A DNA stretch of 64,000 nt from Octopus sinensis (GCF_006345805.1 NC_043005.1:22134001-22198000), one strand, 5' to 3'; shown: positions 12,001 to 26,418, numbered from the stretch's first letter. Notes: generated by a model not told the origin, from the sequence alone. Numbers and translations: made by a program.

Positions 12001-13300
12001 GTAAAGAATTTTGAAATTTTAGTGCATCTTTCCTTCTCATTTTTGTGTGTGTCTTTTGTTTTTCATTTGAAATTATTTTTACTAGAGTGTTACTCATATG
12101 ATAGGTAACTCTGGAAACTACTTCTGCAACCGTAGGTAATATCCTTTTCATCTGTCTCTCTGATTCTTTCTCTTTCACTGTGTGTGTATATAGTATTTTT
12201 ACTCATTGCTTGTCACCAAGCCAATTATATGCACTCATCCTTATGTCATCTGTGAACTCTCTGTTTGTCTATTTCTCTTCTACATTCTCTTCTCTCAAAA
12301 AATTTCAAGTGTAACTGGAGAAATTAACCAACTGACCATCATATCAGCTATCATTATGTAAAGATTATTGTCATTATTCTTATTTTTATTATGTGCATTC
12401 ACTCTCCTACAGAATGCAGCTTTGTCAGTTTTTTGTATGTGCTGTGTTTTGTTTTGGTTTTATAATTTCTGTTGTCTTAAAGTTACTCAAATGCATGCAG
12501 TGCTTAGTATTGCTAATTTCTGATATTGTGTAAGTCCTTTGGGTTTCCCATGCTTTATTTGTGTGCATGTTTTTTAATCATTCTTAAGATGTTTATTACA
12601 TAAGAGATTATTTCTGTTTTAGTCCCCTACGTCTGGTTTTCTGTGTTTTTAGACTTTTATGTTTGGATTTCTTAAATGAGATATCAGCATCATCGGCTGT
12701 TGCTACTGCTAGCAAAGTCAGTGACACAATGGGCTTTGTACTTAGTAATAATCTCTTCTGCTTTCAGTTTAAATCCTACCAAGATCAACTTTCATTCCCA
12801 ATAAGCATCACTCGAATACTGGCACTGGTTCACTCCTGCCCTAAAATTTGTGGCTATGTGCTTGTGTTAAAAGAATTATTGTTATTAGAGGAGACAAAAG
12901 TTGGTAGAATTAGTAGGTCACTAGACTAAATACTTAGCATGATTAATTGCATTCATTTGGTTGGAAATTTTAATTTCTCCAGTGTTGACTTCATCTCTCA
13001 TCTTATCTGGGTTGATAAAGAAAATATCAGTCATGGGGTCAGTTTAATCTGCTGCACCCATTGTCTAAAATTTATTGTCAGGAATTAAAAATCATTATCA
13101 CATCAGTGAATATTGTTTTTATTATCCATTTTTACTACATACCTTGTAAACAAAACCTTCATGTAACCAAAGTTAGAGATTCATTCGCTAAAATACTTCT
13201 CTTTCTGTTAGAATACAATGATATTGCATATGAGAAGTATCAATCACCTGAACTGATATATGTTTATGATGTAATTATTTATATTTTTTATCTTCTTTAG

Positions 13301-13433
13301 AAAGGAATGATGGTAGCTATAAACAAGACAAAAGATCTCAGTTCCACTGTTGGGTTGTTTTATCGTCCATTGAACCAGTCTGACAAATATCTCCCTGTAT
13401 TCTCCTTGCCATACACCGATGAAGCTGACAAAG
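13301..13433 (+). CDS. CACHD1: CACHD1 exon 9 (KGMMVAINKTKDLSSTVGLFY...VFSLPYTDEADK)
   Basis: tctttag / gtaaaa, phase 0 to 1. Confidence 0.93.
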
Positions 13434-14394
13434 GTAAAATATATCTATTTATACTTGTATTTTGTTCCAGGTAGCCTATAATGATGTTTTCTTGTCTATT
13501 TCATCATCTTAAATGTACTTTAACATATTTTGATCTATGTTCTCTCCAGCCATCAATTATCAGATGCTAATTCTGAACTACGCCAGATTTTGATCTTATG
13601 GCTTTAATTTTTGCAACTGTATCTGATTGTCAAATCATTGACCATTGTTGTAATTTTAAGATACTTAGGTGTCAGACTTAAGCATTTTCACTGTGCATTT
13701 TGTTTTTTATTGATGTTATAAGGGATGACTAAAAAGGTTAACACCAGCATGGTCATCTGGCCATAAAAAACTGCATTTAACCCTTTTGATACCAACCTAC
13801 CTGAGCCCCCTCCTGGTTTTGTGGCACAAGCTTCCTACATAAATTGATCTAAATTAAATTTTTCCATTAATACACATGCACCAGACAACATATACACCAC
13901 TAATACCAAGTCACAACAGTTTTGCCTGAAATTTCAGTGACATGAAACTTGTTATGAAACAAACCGTTGTCTTCAGTTTTATTTAAAAAAAAAAACCCTC
14001 GTCTTTGATAACATGTATTGAGCATTCCTTTCTATTTGTTCAACGCAGAGCAGCTTGTGTGTGTGTGTAATATACATAATATGTATGTGCATTGTACACA
14101 TTTATACACATAGTCTAAGAGGGCTTTGAAAAGCACCTGCGGCTTTTCTGTCAGATTATAATTTAAAGTACTTTGTCATTTGGAAAGGCTTTATACCATT
14201 AAACTTTTACAGAATATTTTCAACTTTTTATTTGAAATGTTGATTTAAAATTTTCAATATTTTGAACCATTTATTATAAAATCACTGAGATATCTTTGCT
14301 GTAGTTCTTACTCTGCATATCAACGAAGCTTCTGTCTCTGAACTATGAGCATCAAGGAAGCTTATATGATTGAGATATCTTTTCTTTCTTTCAG

Positions 14395-14544
14395 CTCTGA
14401 CTATGAGTATTAGCCAAGCATGTATCCATGATGGAACTTTGATAGGAGTTGTTGGTGTTGATTTACACATGGAAGATATTGCACAAGACATTACCTATTT
14501 CAACCAAGAAGAGTCATCATATGCCTTCATCATCAACACAGATG
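14395..14544 (+). CDS. CACHD1: CACHD1 exon 10 (LTMSISQACIHDGTLIGVVGVD...YAFIINTD)
   Basis: ctttcag / gtaagt, phase 1 to 1; GVVGVD cache strand. Confidence 0.95.
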
Positions 14545-15616
14545 GTAAGTGGTTTTTAATAAATAACTCATTTTTTAACATGCACATGCTCACTCACAAA
14601 ACTACAGTGTTTAGCCTCTATTTATACTTTACACTCAAGTGTTGGGTGGTGAAAGATTTTCTGTACACCATATTACTATTCATCTCAGTCATTTGTCATC
14701 TGAGAAGAGCAGCATCCTGAGATCTGATCTTACCCGTAGTGAGCATGTTTTGTGATTTTTATTCCTTCATAAATCTCTTGGAAAAATCAAGTCCATTCCC
14801 ACTGCAAACAAAAGAACTTTTCTGTTTAACAGTACAATTACGGCTTAGAGCAATGAATTATACTACACTATGGCATCTATTCAGTTCTAGCAACACTTAG
14901 TCATTGTGTTTTGGCTATATAGATACAATGCAATACTGGTGACAGGATTATGAACTTCTGATCTATAGACTGGAGATCCATTCCCTTTTCAAGACAAACT
15001 TGGTAGTTGTGGGTCAAGTACCTTGTGGGCTGAGCCATTGGTCTGGATTTTCGTTTCTTTGTTATAACCATTTTGCTACACCTTTAGTCTTACCATCAAT
15101 ACATCTTTCCCACTACCTTCTGGAATCAGAATCTGAAAGTGGATAAATGTTGTGTAGTTTGTCATTTTCTACCTTACCACCTCACTTTGCAATTCAGTTC
15201 ATTCTCTACCAGAACCAGCCATTTAGGACATGAGCTTTCAAAAATAGTAAGTCACTGGATTTAGTATAACATTTACTTCTATCTCTCATCAGTGTGTTTT
15301 TTAAATTTTGCTAAAATTAATCAAAGAAAATTTTCAGAAGATCTGCAACCTGATATAACAGCATTTATTAGGCAGTTCATAATGTTAAAACTTGTGAGTG
15401 CATACTATATGGGTCAGTCGGAGAGGTGGTGGTGTAACATTCCAGTGTATCTTCTGTGTAATCATTACTTGTAGGCAGAAAACTTCAGTAGTATTCCAAC
15501 AGCCCAGTACATCCCTTCCATTCCTTCATTTTTGTCTCCTTTCTCTTGTAAAAATTCACCTTTGTATCCAGTGAAAGGAAATCCTTATGGAATTGCTTTT
15601 TCCCTTTGTGTTTCAG

Positions 15617-15740
15617 GCTACACTATTATGCACCCATCTTTCAGTCGGCCAATCAGGACCAGATTACAGCCAATGCATACAGATATAAGACATTTTGAAA
15701 ATGTACCCAATTTTGCTGAAATACGAGAGGCTATTTTAAG
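15617..15740 (+). CDS. CACHD1: CACHD1 exon 11 (YTIMHPSFSRP...HTDIRHFENVPNFAEIREAIL)
   Basis: tttcag / gtgatc (weak donor), phase 1 to 2. Confidence 0.93.
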
Positions 15741-16855
15741 GTGATCAAATTGTGAAAATTATCCACATTAGCATATGTGTTTCAATGAAATGATATTTTT
15801 GTTTTTAGATATGTAGAATTCCTTACAGTCAAGGTAAGTCACTCAGTGAAGAGATTTTGAGCCTTAGTTTCCATTCTTGATTGTAAGTACTTCACTTCAC
15901 ATCATTTACCATTTATTGTCACATAACACCATTTTCTATTTCCAATAAATATCTAAGAAATTTACTTGCACAAGATATATAAGATATAAGCCAGCTGCTG
16001 GTGAATCAAATTTGTGGATCCAATTCTCAAATAAAATTTTATTTTTGTAAACCAGCCAGGAGAGAAAAAACAGTGTCAATGATTTCTGTGTGTTCACTGA
16101 AGTTGGTGAGATAGATGCAGCTGATATCTATCATAATATCTGTAAAAACGTAAGTGGAAAAGGGATCAAGTCTGATCTGAATGCTTGTAATGAGTGAACT
16201 CCACTTCAGGAACCCTAAGACCGAGTAATGATGTTCATGTTAGGCTTATCACCCAAAGTGAAATCCTCTCACATCATTTAAATCTGTCATATCTTAAGAA
16301 AGGCATAAACATCACAAAAATTATAAAGTAATTGATTCAATACTGTTATATTTTTGTGTATCAAGTCAGCTATAGAAATGTAGATGTTTCTAAGAGGCTT
16401 TCAGGTGTTGGTGCTTAGTTCTGATTTCAAGGTGTAACAAGGTTGAAAGAAAACTGTTACTCTGGATTAGGTGCTACATTTTGCAAGTATAATTCCCAGA
16501 CGATCTGCAAACTGTATTTGACAGCCAGGTGAAATGTGGTACATAGACTTCAGTGTTTTGCTCTAATCTGTATATATATATATGGCAAGATGTGTATGTG
16601 TACGTGATTGTAGTAAATTACAATCTTTTATTAAACTTTTAATTCAGTAATAGCTGCTTAGGTCAATGGTGGAAGGGTCTAACATTTCAGTGTATCCTTC
16701 ATATAATCACTACTTGTAGACAACAAAAAATCTTAGTATTCCAACATCCCATTAGATCATGAGGGATTATTCTTATGTGAATTTTTGATGGCTGACAAAT
16801 CTTTTTTCAAATGCATTTTATCTGACTGTAAACTTTGTGTTGATGTTGTTTTCAG

Positions 16856-16970
16856 GAAAGAGCGAGGCAGGGAAATAGCTCCTCTTGAAGGCAATATAAC
16901 AACAGAAAAGTCTGAAAATGATGGCCAAGCCACAATCAATAGTTCTTTTGCTGTATACAGCTGGAGAAAG
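16856..16970 (+). CDS. CACHD1: CACHD1 exon 12 (KERGREIAPLEGNITTEK...VYSWRK)
   Basis: ttttcag / gtaacc, phase 2 to 0; ends in the Y-x-W-x-K motif. Confidence 0.9.
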
Positions 16971-17404
16971 GTAACCTTTTATCTAATATTGTATATTTGT
17001 TCTTTATGACATGTAAAATAAAACAATGGTTTATCTCTTTAACATCTTCTATACTCAGCCAAGAGTCCTGGAGTTGCTGTTTTCACTGCCTATTATGCTA
17101 CTTGGTTTTGGTGTAACTTCTTGGGTTTTGGTCCAGTCAGTTAGCGACCCCTTGTCTCTATAAATTTCTAAAACATATGTAAAAATTGTCAGTTTTTATT
17201 TCCATGAATGAATCAGAATTTTTAATTTTTAATGATTTTTAAATCTGTAGATGTTTTCCAAATCTTAGTGAAAATAGCTATCTTCATAAATTCTTATCTG
17301 TTGGAGTTTTGCCTTGTGAACATTGCTAATCTTTAAGAAATCAGAGTTGATATTAGTTAAATTACATCATGTTGTATAATATTATCTCTATTTCTATCTA
17401 TCTA

Positions 17405-18173
17405 TCTATATATATAAAAGGCAGTTTGTCTGTCTGTGTGTCTGTTAGGTTGTACCCTTACCCTGACCACAGCTTTCAACCGATTCTGATGAAACTTGAC
17501 ACACACATAGCCCAATGTCATAATTCAAGACTAACGCAGCGAAAATTTTGAAAAGTTCCCCCAGTTCTGAAAAAAATTGATAAATTCGACATGGGGTCGA
17601 GAATCTAAGCTTATCATATGCAACACATTTTCCATTGTAGTTTTCGCAACTTGCAATCGATTTTCACCAAACTCATGGTGAAGCTTAATGTTATCCTAAG
17701 GAACTTAATTCTGATGTTAGTTTTCCATGCACTACCTTACCATCAGAAAAAATCGATAAAATCATGCCATTTTGGGAAATCGCGTTCAAATTCAAGATGA
17801 CATATTTTCGACAATATCTTTAACAAATTGGCAGGAATTTTTTTTGAAATTCACAGCTAGCATGATGTCTACTCCAAGGAACGATTTGGTCCTTCTGATT
17901 CCAATAGGATACGTTATTACTGGAAAAAATCGGTTAATTACATCATATGTGGCACACATAGCAAACCGATTTTTCTGCGATATTTTTTGAAAGTTCACAG
18001 ATTTTGCCTACTTCATGTATGCGAGGGAACGGTGCCTTGAATACCTTATTGCCTTTTAGGCTTCATTTTACAAAATAACGGTTCAATGAGTACAAAAAAG
18101 GGTAAAAAGGTAAAGGGCATTGCTTATCGATAAAGTTTCTTACATACTGGGCAACGCCGAGCTATGCTGCTAG
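17405..18173 (+). mobile_element. Non-autonomous Helitron
   Basis: A|TCTATATATATAAAAGGCAG 5' end; GGGCAACGCCGAGCTATGCTGCTAG|T 3' end. Confidence 0.8.
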
Positions 18174-18420
18174 TGTTTATTTATATTTCACTTATATTTT
18201 TAGACATTGCACACTACTTGCTGTTTTCATTGTGTAGTTCATGTTATAAAATCTAACTTACATTTTGGTGTAGTATTTGATCGTAAAAAAAAAAAAATCC
18301 ATTTATTAGCTATTTGCAAATGATCTTGTTTTTAAGTGTTGTAGTATTGTAGATTGCATCATCTTTTGTGTCTTATTCTTAGTGCCACTATCTACTATCT
18401 TAGAAAAAAAAAAAAGAACA

Positions 18421-18775
18421 TAGTTGCAGGAGTGGCTGTGTGGTTCCAGGTTTAGTCCCATTGCGTGGCATCTTGGGCAAGTGTCTACTACTATATCCTC
18501 GGGCCGACCAAAGCCTTGTGAGTGGATGTATTAGACGGAATCTTAAATAAGTCTGTTGTATATGTGTGTGTGCATGTGTTTGTTCTCCCTCCCCATTATC
18601 ACTTGACAACCAATGCTGGTGTATTTACATCCCCATAACTTAGTTGTTCAGCAAAAGAGACCGGTAGAGTAAGTAGTAGGCTTACAATGAATAAGTCCTG
18701 GGGTCGATTTGCTTGACTGAAGGCGGTACTCCAGCACGGCCGCAGTTAAATGACTGAAACAAGTAAAAGGATAAA
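18421..18775 (+). mobile_element. tRNA-derived octopus SINE
   Basis: GCAGGAGTGGCTGTGTGG...GGTTTAGTCCC head, GGGCAAGTGTCT...GGGCCGACCAAAGCCTTGTGAG core, TGACTGAAACAAGTAAAAG tail. Confidence 0.8.
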
Positions 18776-19447
18776 GGAATATTGGAAAATGTAGTTCTAG
18801 ACATAAAAGGATGGAGCAGTCATGGCTAGAAGTCTTTGACTGTATTTCTACTTGATGAAAACTGAGCTGGGGCTAAGCAACAATTACTGTTACTTATTGA
18901 CTTATAGATTTTAGATTAATTTGTTCTCCATGGGCTTGAAGTTAGAACTAAAAGACACAAAATCAAATGCTATAAGACCTTTGCAAACACATTTCCAAGA
19001 TTGATCTCACTTTGCAGTACCTTGGTCAAGTCTTCCACCACAGCTTCAGGTTGACCAACATCTCAGGGGAATCTGTTGAAGAAGATATTTTACCGAAGCT
19101 CATTGCATGCACTCACATATTTGTCTGTCTCAAACTGGTCCATCCAACAAGAAATTTGCTGCAATATTTAAGTCTGACTGAGTGATTTCCCTTTGCACCG
19201 AGGATGATTTTGCTTTGTTTTTATATGATTGCTTAAATAATTACCCGACTAAAACCTTGGAAGCACTGAACTATGAAACTAGTAAAATGGAAACTAATAG
19301 TTGTATGTTAATTTGCCATAACCATTTGCCCCACCTTTGAGGAAGAGAACATTTCATAAACATTGTTTTTCTTTTTTTGTGAATGTTTTAATACAATTTA
19401 TTTTTTTATTTTAAAATTTATTTTGGCTAATTTTTTTACTCCTCCAG

Positions 19448-19526
19448 ATTCCAAATGTACCATATATTGTGGTAATTAAAACACTCACAGATAAAAAAGA
19501 AAGACGTCAAATGAAAAAGATTCATG
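19448..19526 (+). CDS. CACHD1: CACHD1 exon 13 (IPNVPYIVVIKTLTDKKERRQMKKIH)
   Basis: ctccag / gtaagc, phase 0 to 1, bridges the flanking exons in frame. Confidence 0.87.
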
Positions 19527-20210
19527 GTAAGCTTTGTTATCTGCAATAATAATTGGTTTGGTTTGGTATACATTTAACCTCAATGAGTAGAGTGCTGTGT
19601 TATGGTTGTAGTGCACCAGTGAAAAAAAATGATGCTGGAATTTTAGGAGACTATTGACGTTCTTCATTACTAAGAGTTACTTCAACATGAACAAAATGTG
19701 TTAGTATGTTGAAAAAATGAAATAGTTAACTCTATATAAAACTGTTTAAGATAATATAAAATTATTTTTAAGATCCCTAAAATAATTTTGAGGTTGTAAA
19801 TCCTACCAAAAACATGCACTTTCATTTATTTAAATCAATGATTTTGATTGTCATGAAACACAGTATTAGATTTTTTTGTTTCACAGTAAAAATTGAGTGA
19901 TAGCCATATTTACCTTACACAACACCCATAGCTTTATGAACCAAATGTATAAGGTTCATGATATTTTTGCATGAAATCTTTTATAATTTATGCTGTTTCA
20001 GAGTATTTTTACTTTAGTAATGTATGTGTTTTAGCATAAATGACTTTTTATTTTATGCTTGCAACTTCAGTTTATGAACGGATGCTAGACTGATGTTGAT
20101 GGCAGTGGTGACAACAGCATGGATGACCAATGCTAAAATATTTTTTAAAATAGCTGATAATCTAATAAAATGAATGACTTACTGGTTTTATTTTGTTTTC
20201 ATTTGTTTAG

Positions 20211-20297
20211 TGCTCACCCCAGAATTGGTATATCATAGGCTAGATTTACTACCAACAGATAACATGTGTGTCCATCTAAAACAACTTTCAACACTTG
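20211..20297 (+). CDS. CACHD1: CACHD1 exon 14 (LTPELVYHRLDLLPTDNMCVHLKQLSTL)
   Basis: gtttag / gtaagt, phase 1 to 1; YHRLDLL motif. Confidence 0.95.
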
Positions 20298-22104
20298 GTA
20301 AGTTACATCTCTGTCGCTTTGATTTTTTTATGCTATGGTGTTAATATATACATGTAGTTTATATTAATGATCTGAATGTATACAGTAAAGTTATTCTTAG
20401 ATGCATTCAGATGCACTATAACTCATCAAAAATGGGCAAAAGAGAGGACAGAAAACAGCAAAAAAATCAACTAAAGAAAGACAGCAGTTAAAGCTGAAAA
20501 TGCATAGTACACAAAATTCAAAAAGATTAGAAAAGTGAAATGTGAAAGAGTCATGAAGAGCAAAGGGTACATGTGCACATCAGGAGTAATGTTTGTTTTG
20601 TGGTAAGGGCAATATTATGTTTAGAAATAGTGACTCCTAGTTCGAGTCTAGTAACGCATCTCAGGATGTTGAATTAATCCATGTACTGGGTGAAAATACT
20701 TGTAGAATCAATTTTGTCTTTCATTCCTTCAGGATATATAAAACAAACACCAGGTATACTCTGATCATTTCAATAATTATAACTTCTCTTACAAATTGTG
20801 TTTTTGTGCTGCTGTAAGGAAATTTATTTATGGTTGTTGAGATAATTTCTAGTTAATAATATTGAATATTTCAAGCTTATATCAAAAGTACAATGTTCTT
20901 TAATCTGTTATGGTGTTAAGACATAGAAGTTTTCAACATTGAAGTCAAGCTACACGAAAATGGTTTCAAGGAGGAGTATTACATTGACATGGTTGTTATT
21001 ATTGTTTAGCTTCAGGTCAGTCCTAATCCAATAGACCTATAATCAAAAGTGTTTCAGCTGTGATAATTCCATCTGTATTTTTAGATATAGTCTGTATGGA
21101 ACTACATTATTTCATGTGTCCTTCTTTTTTTTTAAGACTGTAGCATGTAATTTCAAGGTGGATTGACTGCTGCATCAAGCAGGCTATGCCACTGTGTAGA
21201 GGTTCTCACGCTGGCTTAACATTGGAGTTGTTTCAACAAATGTGGCAGTGGTTTACTTTGCATTGCCTTTGAACTGGCACCTGCAGAATAACAAAACACT
21301 TTTTAGTTATAGAGTGTTCTCACTGCTCGCAGTTGGGAACTATACTTGTTTTGTCAAACAATACCTGTGTACAGCCATGTAGTCTGAGCCACTGAGAATT
21401 TAATGTCTTGTCTACTGAACACAATGGGACATCTCAGAGAACATTAACATGGTTGCTTGATGTGTTAGAGATAACAACCAAATCAACTTCAAATAATTCC
21501 ATAACATCTTGAAAATATAAGAAGACATTGGATAATGCTGCAAAGCCATGGATGAAACATCTTTTATCATAGATCTGCCTTTTGGAGCTAAATAAGCTGT
21601 CAGTGATAGGATGTGAACAGTCTGTCAGTAGGTTAACAAACTGGTGTGTTGACCAAAAATCTGAATTTTCCTTACGACAATAAACTTGAATGAATAGCAG
21701 CTAAGATACAACCCAGACACTTTTAAAATTAGATTTAAAAGTTTTATCTTTTACCTAAAGATTTTACATTATGTCTGATTCTTAAATTTGGATGCAGGCA
21801 TTGCTATATGATTAAGAAGTTCACTTTGTACTTATATGGTTTGGGGTTTGATTCCATTGTGTGATGCCTTGGCCAAGCATCTTCTATAGCTATGAGTGAA
21901 ATTTGGTAGATCCAAACTGTGTGGAAGTATGTTCAAGTGACTGCTCCTGTTCTTGAGTATTAGACTTAATCCATCATCTGATTTAACCTCCTAACCCTTG
22001 AGTACTTTTAGCAAAGTCTTTTTTGTTTTCTGGGGGTCTTGAAAATGGTTTTGAGCACTACTCTTCTGCTGAAGAAGCTGTTAAAAAATACAAGAATATT
22101 TAGT

Positions 22105-22470
22105 AGTTGTCTGCCATGTGGTTGAGAACCTTGCTTCGCAACCATGTGGCCTTGGATTTAGTTCCACTATGTGCCACTTTCGACAAGTGTCCTCTACTAT
22201 AGCCTTGGGCCAACCAAAACCTCGTGAATGGATTTAGCAAATAAACTCGAGTGTATGTATATATCAATGTGTGCGTATGTCTTTGCGTTTGTCTTCCATC
22301 ACCATTTGACAATCAGTGTTGGTTCGCTTATGTTCTTATAACTTGGCAGTTTGGCCATAGAGACTGATAGAATAAAAACCAGGCTTAAAAAATGAGAACA
22401 GGGGTCGATTTGATCAATTAAAACCCTTTGAAGCAGTTCCCCAGCATGGCTACAGTCCAAGACTGAAACA
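22105..22470. mobile_element. Rearranged SINE fragments (head in - orientation, tail in + orientation)
   Basis: Same core and tail motifs as 18421 and 37222. Confidence 0.6.
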
Positions 22471-22905
22471 AATAAAACAAATGATAAAATAGAAATAGAA
22501 ATTAATATGTTGAAATATTTTACTTGGACAGCTTTATCTTATTCTTCTTTCCTGTTATTAATTTCTAGCATATACTTTATTGTGTAATATTTTAAAGAAG
22601 TGCCATGACAAAAATACTTGTTAGTGTTTTGTTCTGCTGCTCTACATTTTGAGTTCACATCCCACTGGAGTTGCCTTGGGACCAATAAAATTAGTACTAC
22701 TCGAGAATTAACGTTATCTCTATGCATCTACCCCTTCCACCAAATATTTGTGGACTTGTGCCCGTATAAAGAATAAAATAGGATGAAATATTTTGCTTCA
22801 AAACCGTCATCTAACTTTTTCATCCTTTAAATGATTGCTGTAGACCATGTCTAAATATATTGTTTCAATATCACTTATTTTGTTTTGTTTGACTCCATTC
22901 TACAG

Positions 22906-23048
22906 ATATCAGCACTGTATTCCTTGCTGCCAACAGTTTTATCAATCCTTTTGAACATTTAAGTCAAGAAGAAACCAGAAGAATGGTACAAGGCTATATA
23001 GCTTTCCTAAAAGACAACACTCGCCTAATCCAAAATCCAGGACTCAAG
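22906..23048 (+). CDS. CACHD1: CACHD1 exon 15 (ISTVFLAANSFINPFEHLSQEETRRMV...NPGLK)
   Basis: ctacag / gtaagt, phase 1 to 0. Confidence 0.95.
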
Positions 23049-23891
23049 GTAAGTTATAAAGTGAATAATTTTCTACTTCAAGTGTGACATATCTATTTTA
23101 TACCCGTGACATACCTGTTAATCTTCTGCTTGATTTATACCTAATTTGAACATCTGTTGATCATAAAACAAACATAAATGGATGAGGCAATTGCAGTGGG
23201 AATACTATGTAGATTAAGGATTGGATAAAAGTTTAGTTTGAAATGAGTAGTCAAATGCTGTAAAGATGACTGAAAGAGTTGAGGCTAGTGAAAAAAGTGG
23301 ATTTTGGTGGAAATGGTATATAATCACTGTTTTGAAAAGTAGAGGTGATCTAACTAACAGAGAGAGGATATATTACAGCAACAGGAATATTGCTTTCAGA
23401 ATTTGTTTTTATATGCTCTTCAGTGGGTGAGAATCGAAGTAAACTTACGTGAACTAAGTCTGTATTGCCTAGAAGAGTTATCTCATTTTTCATATATGCA
23501 ATTTCTTGGTTGAGACAGTTGATATTGCTCTCCTGTTTCACATAATGAAACCAGGACTAAATACTCTCTCTTAAAACTTCTTTCAAGCTTAAATGGAATT
23601 TTTATTTATAAACAGTTAAAAGAGCTATTTGGGTATTTTCTCTTAATATTTAGAACCCTTTTCTTGGCTAGTTATGAAGAGGACTTGACAACAGTATTTT
23701 AATGGTGTTCCATTGCCTGCTGGCTGACCTCCAGGATGTTACTGACTATTACCATATTGTTAATATTGTAGAATATGAACTTACCCAACAAACTTTGTAT
23801 TGGCTGTGGTTTCTAACATAAGAAATTTGCAAATATTTCTTGTTACTATATTGTTTTTATTTTCACTTCAAAATATCTTTAACAATTTTAG

Positions 23892-23989
23892 GATCAAATT
23901 CGAAATGATGTTGCTGCTACTGCAAGAATTAATGATGAATGGGTGCGACGTTTCCATACAAGTCAACTGAACGATTATATCATACGGCG
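23892..23989 (+). CDS. CACHD1: CACHD1 exon 16 (DQIRNDVAATARINDEW...LNDYIIRR)
   Basis: ttttag / gtaagt, phase 0 to 2. Confidence 0.94.
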
Positions 23990-25400
23990 GTAAGTTTAGT
24001 TCAGCTCCTTTTACAATATTTGCCTTTCTCTTTTTCTGTGGTTCAATATATTTTTTGATAGGAGGTGATTAACTGCATTACCATGGTAATGCTGACTGCA
24101 GTATCTTCAGTACTAATATCTCCATCATCACTACCATGGCAGTAGCCATGGTAATGGTGATAGTAACTTTGCAATTATTGTTAAAGATAAGTATGGCTAC
24201 ACAGTGTAGCTGGTCAAACACTTGGAACACGTGTGATTGGCTATCAGTATAACAGATCTTATATATCCATGTGACTGCATAAGTCACCATGCTACAGGTA
24301 TTATGTTGTTAACTTAGCAATGCCATGTTCCAGATTGTAGCATTTGGTGTTGGGGGCTGAAACAAGATTCTGTACTAGAAATAGCATGCCTACTATATTG
24401 AAAAGTTGGTATAAAAATATTATTGATGATGGCAATTAACAAAATTCAGTATGTCATTCTGTATACAGTAGTCTGACATCATTGAAATGAAGCTTGAATA
24501 TGGATATATTTATGCTTGGAAACAGGTGAAGGTTGCTGAGCAAGAAGGGCATCCAGCAGAAGAGAATCTGCTTCAATGAACTTTGTCTGGCCCATGCGAG
24601 CTTGGAAAATGTGGTGACAGTCATGTCCATATCTTTATTAAATACATCTTCTGTTGTAATGTAACCTAAGACTTTAGAATTAAACCATAGAGCTTTCAAC
24701 AGCTTGGTATGAAGATTAAATTAACTTGTTTTCTCTTTTATTTACAATTCATCAAGGACATTTATTTCTAGTTGGGAAGTAGAGGTTTATGAAAGACAAA
24801 ACTAGTTCAATCTTCATGCTAACTGCTGAAATCTGTCTTAAACATGGAAATGATTCCATTCATTTATTAAACCTACAAAGATTGTCTCCCTTATTTCCAA
24901 TATCCCTGTTCATTGAGGCTTCTAGGGTCTGGAGGCCGCATGCCCTCTCTGGCCATCACTTACTGAATAAACCCTAGTAGGCTGTGTTTCTCTCTAGTCT
25001 CACAGTGTAAAGCAAATATCATCTCTCTCTCTTAGATAGAAAACCTGTCTAAGTTAATATTATCCATTCATTCTTTCTTAAAACCAGCGCCATTGAGGAA
25101 TTGTAGAATAAAGTGTCCTACTCAATGACTTAACAAAATACTTAGTGGAGTTAAACTCACAAACAAGAAGTTGACAGCTCAGTATTATCAAAACATCAAC
25201 ATCCATGTTTGTGTAGGCCTTCTACAGTACATACGTATATGCATGCCTGTATATATGCATAAGAATGAAAGGTATGCATCCAGAGAGAATTGTACACATT
25301 TAGATGATACCTTGATGTGTCAACCACTTTATATACCTACATTACTCAGCAGATTTAACATGTAATATAATATTCATGCTTTTGTCTTTTGATTTTACAG

Positions 25401-25595
25401 ATATGTTGCAACACCTGGTGGTTCATTCCGAGTTTACCCAGGTACACTAATGGATAAGACCTATGACCCCACTAAAAGACCATGGTTTGAAAGAGCACTT
25501 GCTTTCCCAGGTTTTGTGACCCTTGCTGCTCCCTATCTAGATGTTGGAGGTGCTGGTTATATTGTCACTGTCAGCCATACTATATTTGAGGGAAA
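25401..25595 (+). CDS. CACHD1: CACHD1 exon 17 (YVATPGGSFRVYPGTLMDKTYDPTKRPWF...PYLDVGGAGYIVTVSHTIFEG)
   Basis: tttacag / gtaagt, phase 2 to 2; strongly conserved dCache block. Confidence 0.96.
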
Positions 25596-26418
25596 GTAAG
25601 TATATATATTTATATAAATGTATGTATACTATATATAAATGTGTATAAATCATGCATATATAATTGTGTGTGTGTGTGTGTACTTGTATCTATATATTTG
25701 TACACTAGACTAGATAATTTGAAATGTACAGTTAATACACTGTGATTCAAATCAGACTGAAAGTTTAGCCAAGTCCAAGTTTGTATATAGATATCTATAA
25801 ATATTTATAAGCTACTAAACTCTGTGGACAGACAGATGTTCTTTTTCTGTGAAAGAAGTTAGAAAACTAGAAATTGGTCAGTTCAATCTCATTTTTTTCT
25901 ATCCACAGAGTGATAAGACTGGTTGTATGACCAATTTCTTTACTTTTCACAGTAACCCTAAAATTGATAATCATTAAAATAAAGTATACTTTATATTCCC
26001 TGGTAATCAAAAACTCCCATAGTTTGAGTGACTGATTGTCTTCAACAAGCGAGGACAATAAACGAAAATATCTTATTTAGAAAACAGGTCAAAATTAGCA
26101 ACAGGAAGAGCATCTCATCATAGAAAATCTGCCACAACATGCTCCATTTAGCCTATGCTTGCATGGGAAGACTAACATAAAAACAATGATGATAATCATC
26201 ACTCACTGTCTCTCTCTCTCATTTACTGAGAGTAGTCACTCTTATTGTGAAGATCAAGTTGACTGGCTGAACAAGCCAGTCAATGAAGCTTGAAGTCACT
26301 GTCAACTTAATTATATTTAATTTTACTAAGTATTTTCTGATTTATTATAATTTTTCACTATTTTGTTGTTTTATTTTTTATTTATTTATTATCATATTTC
26401 TATTTTGTTTTCTTGCAG

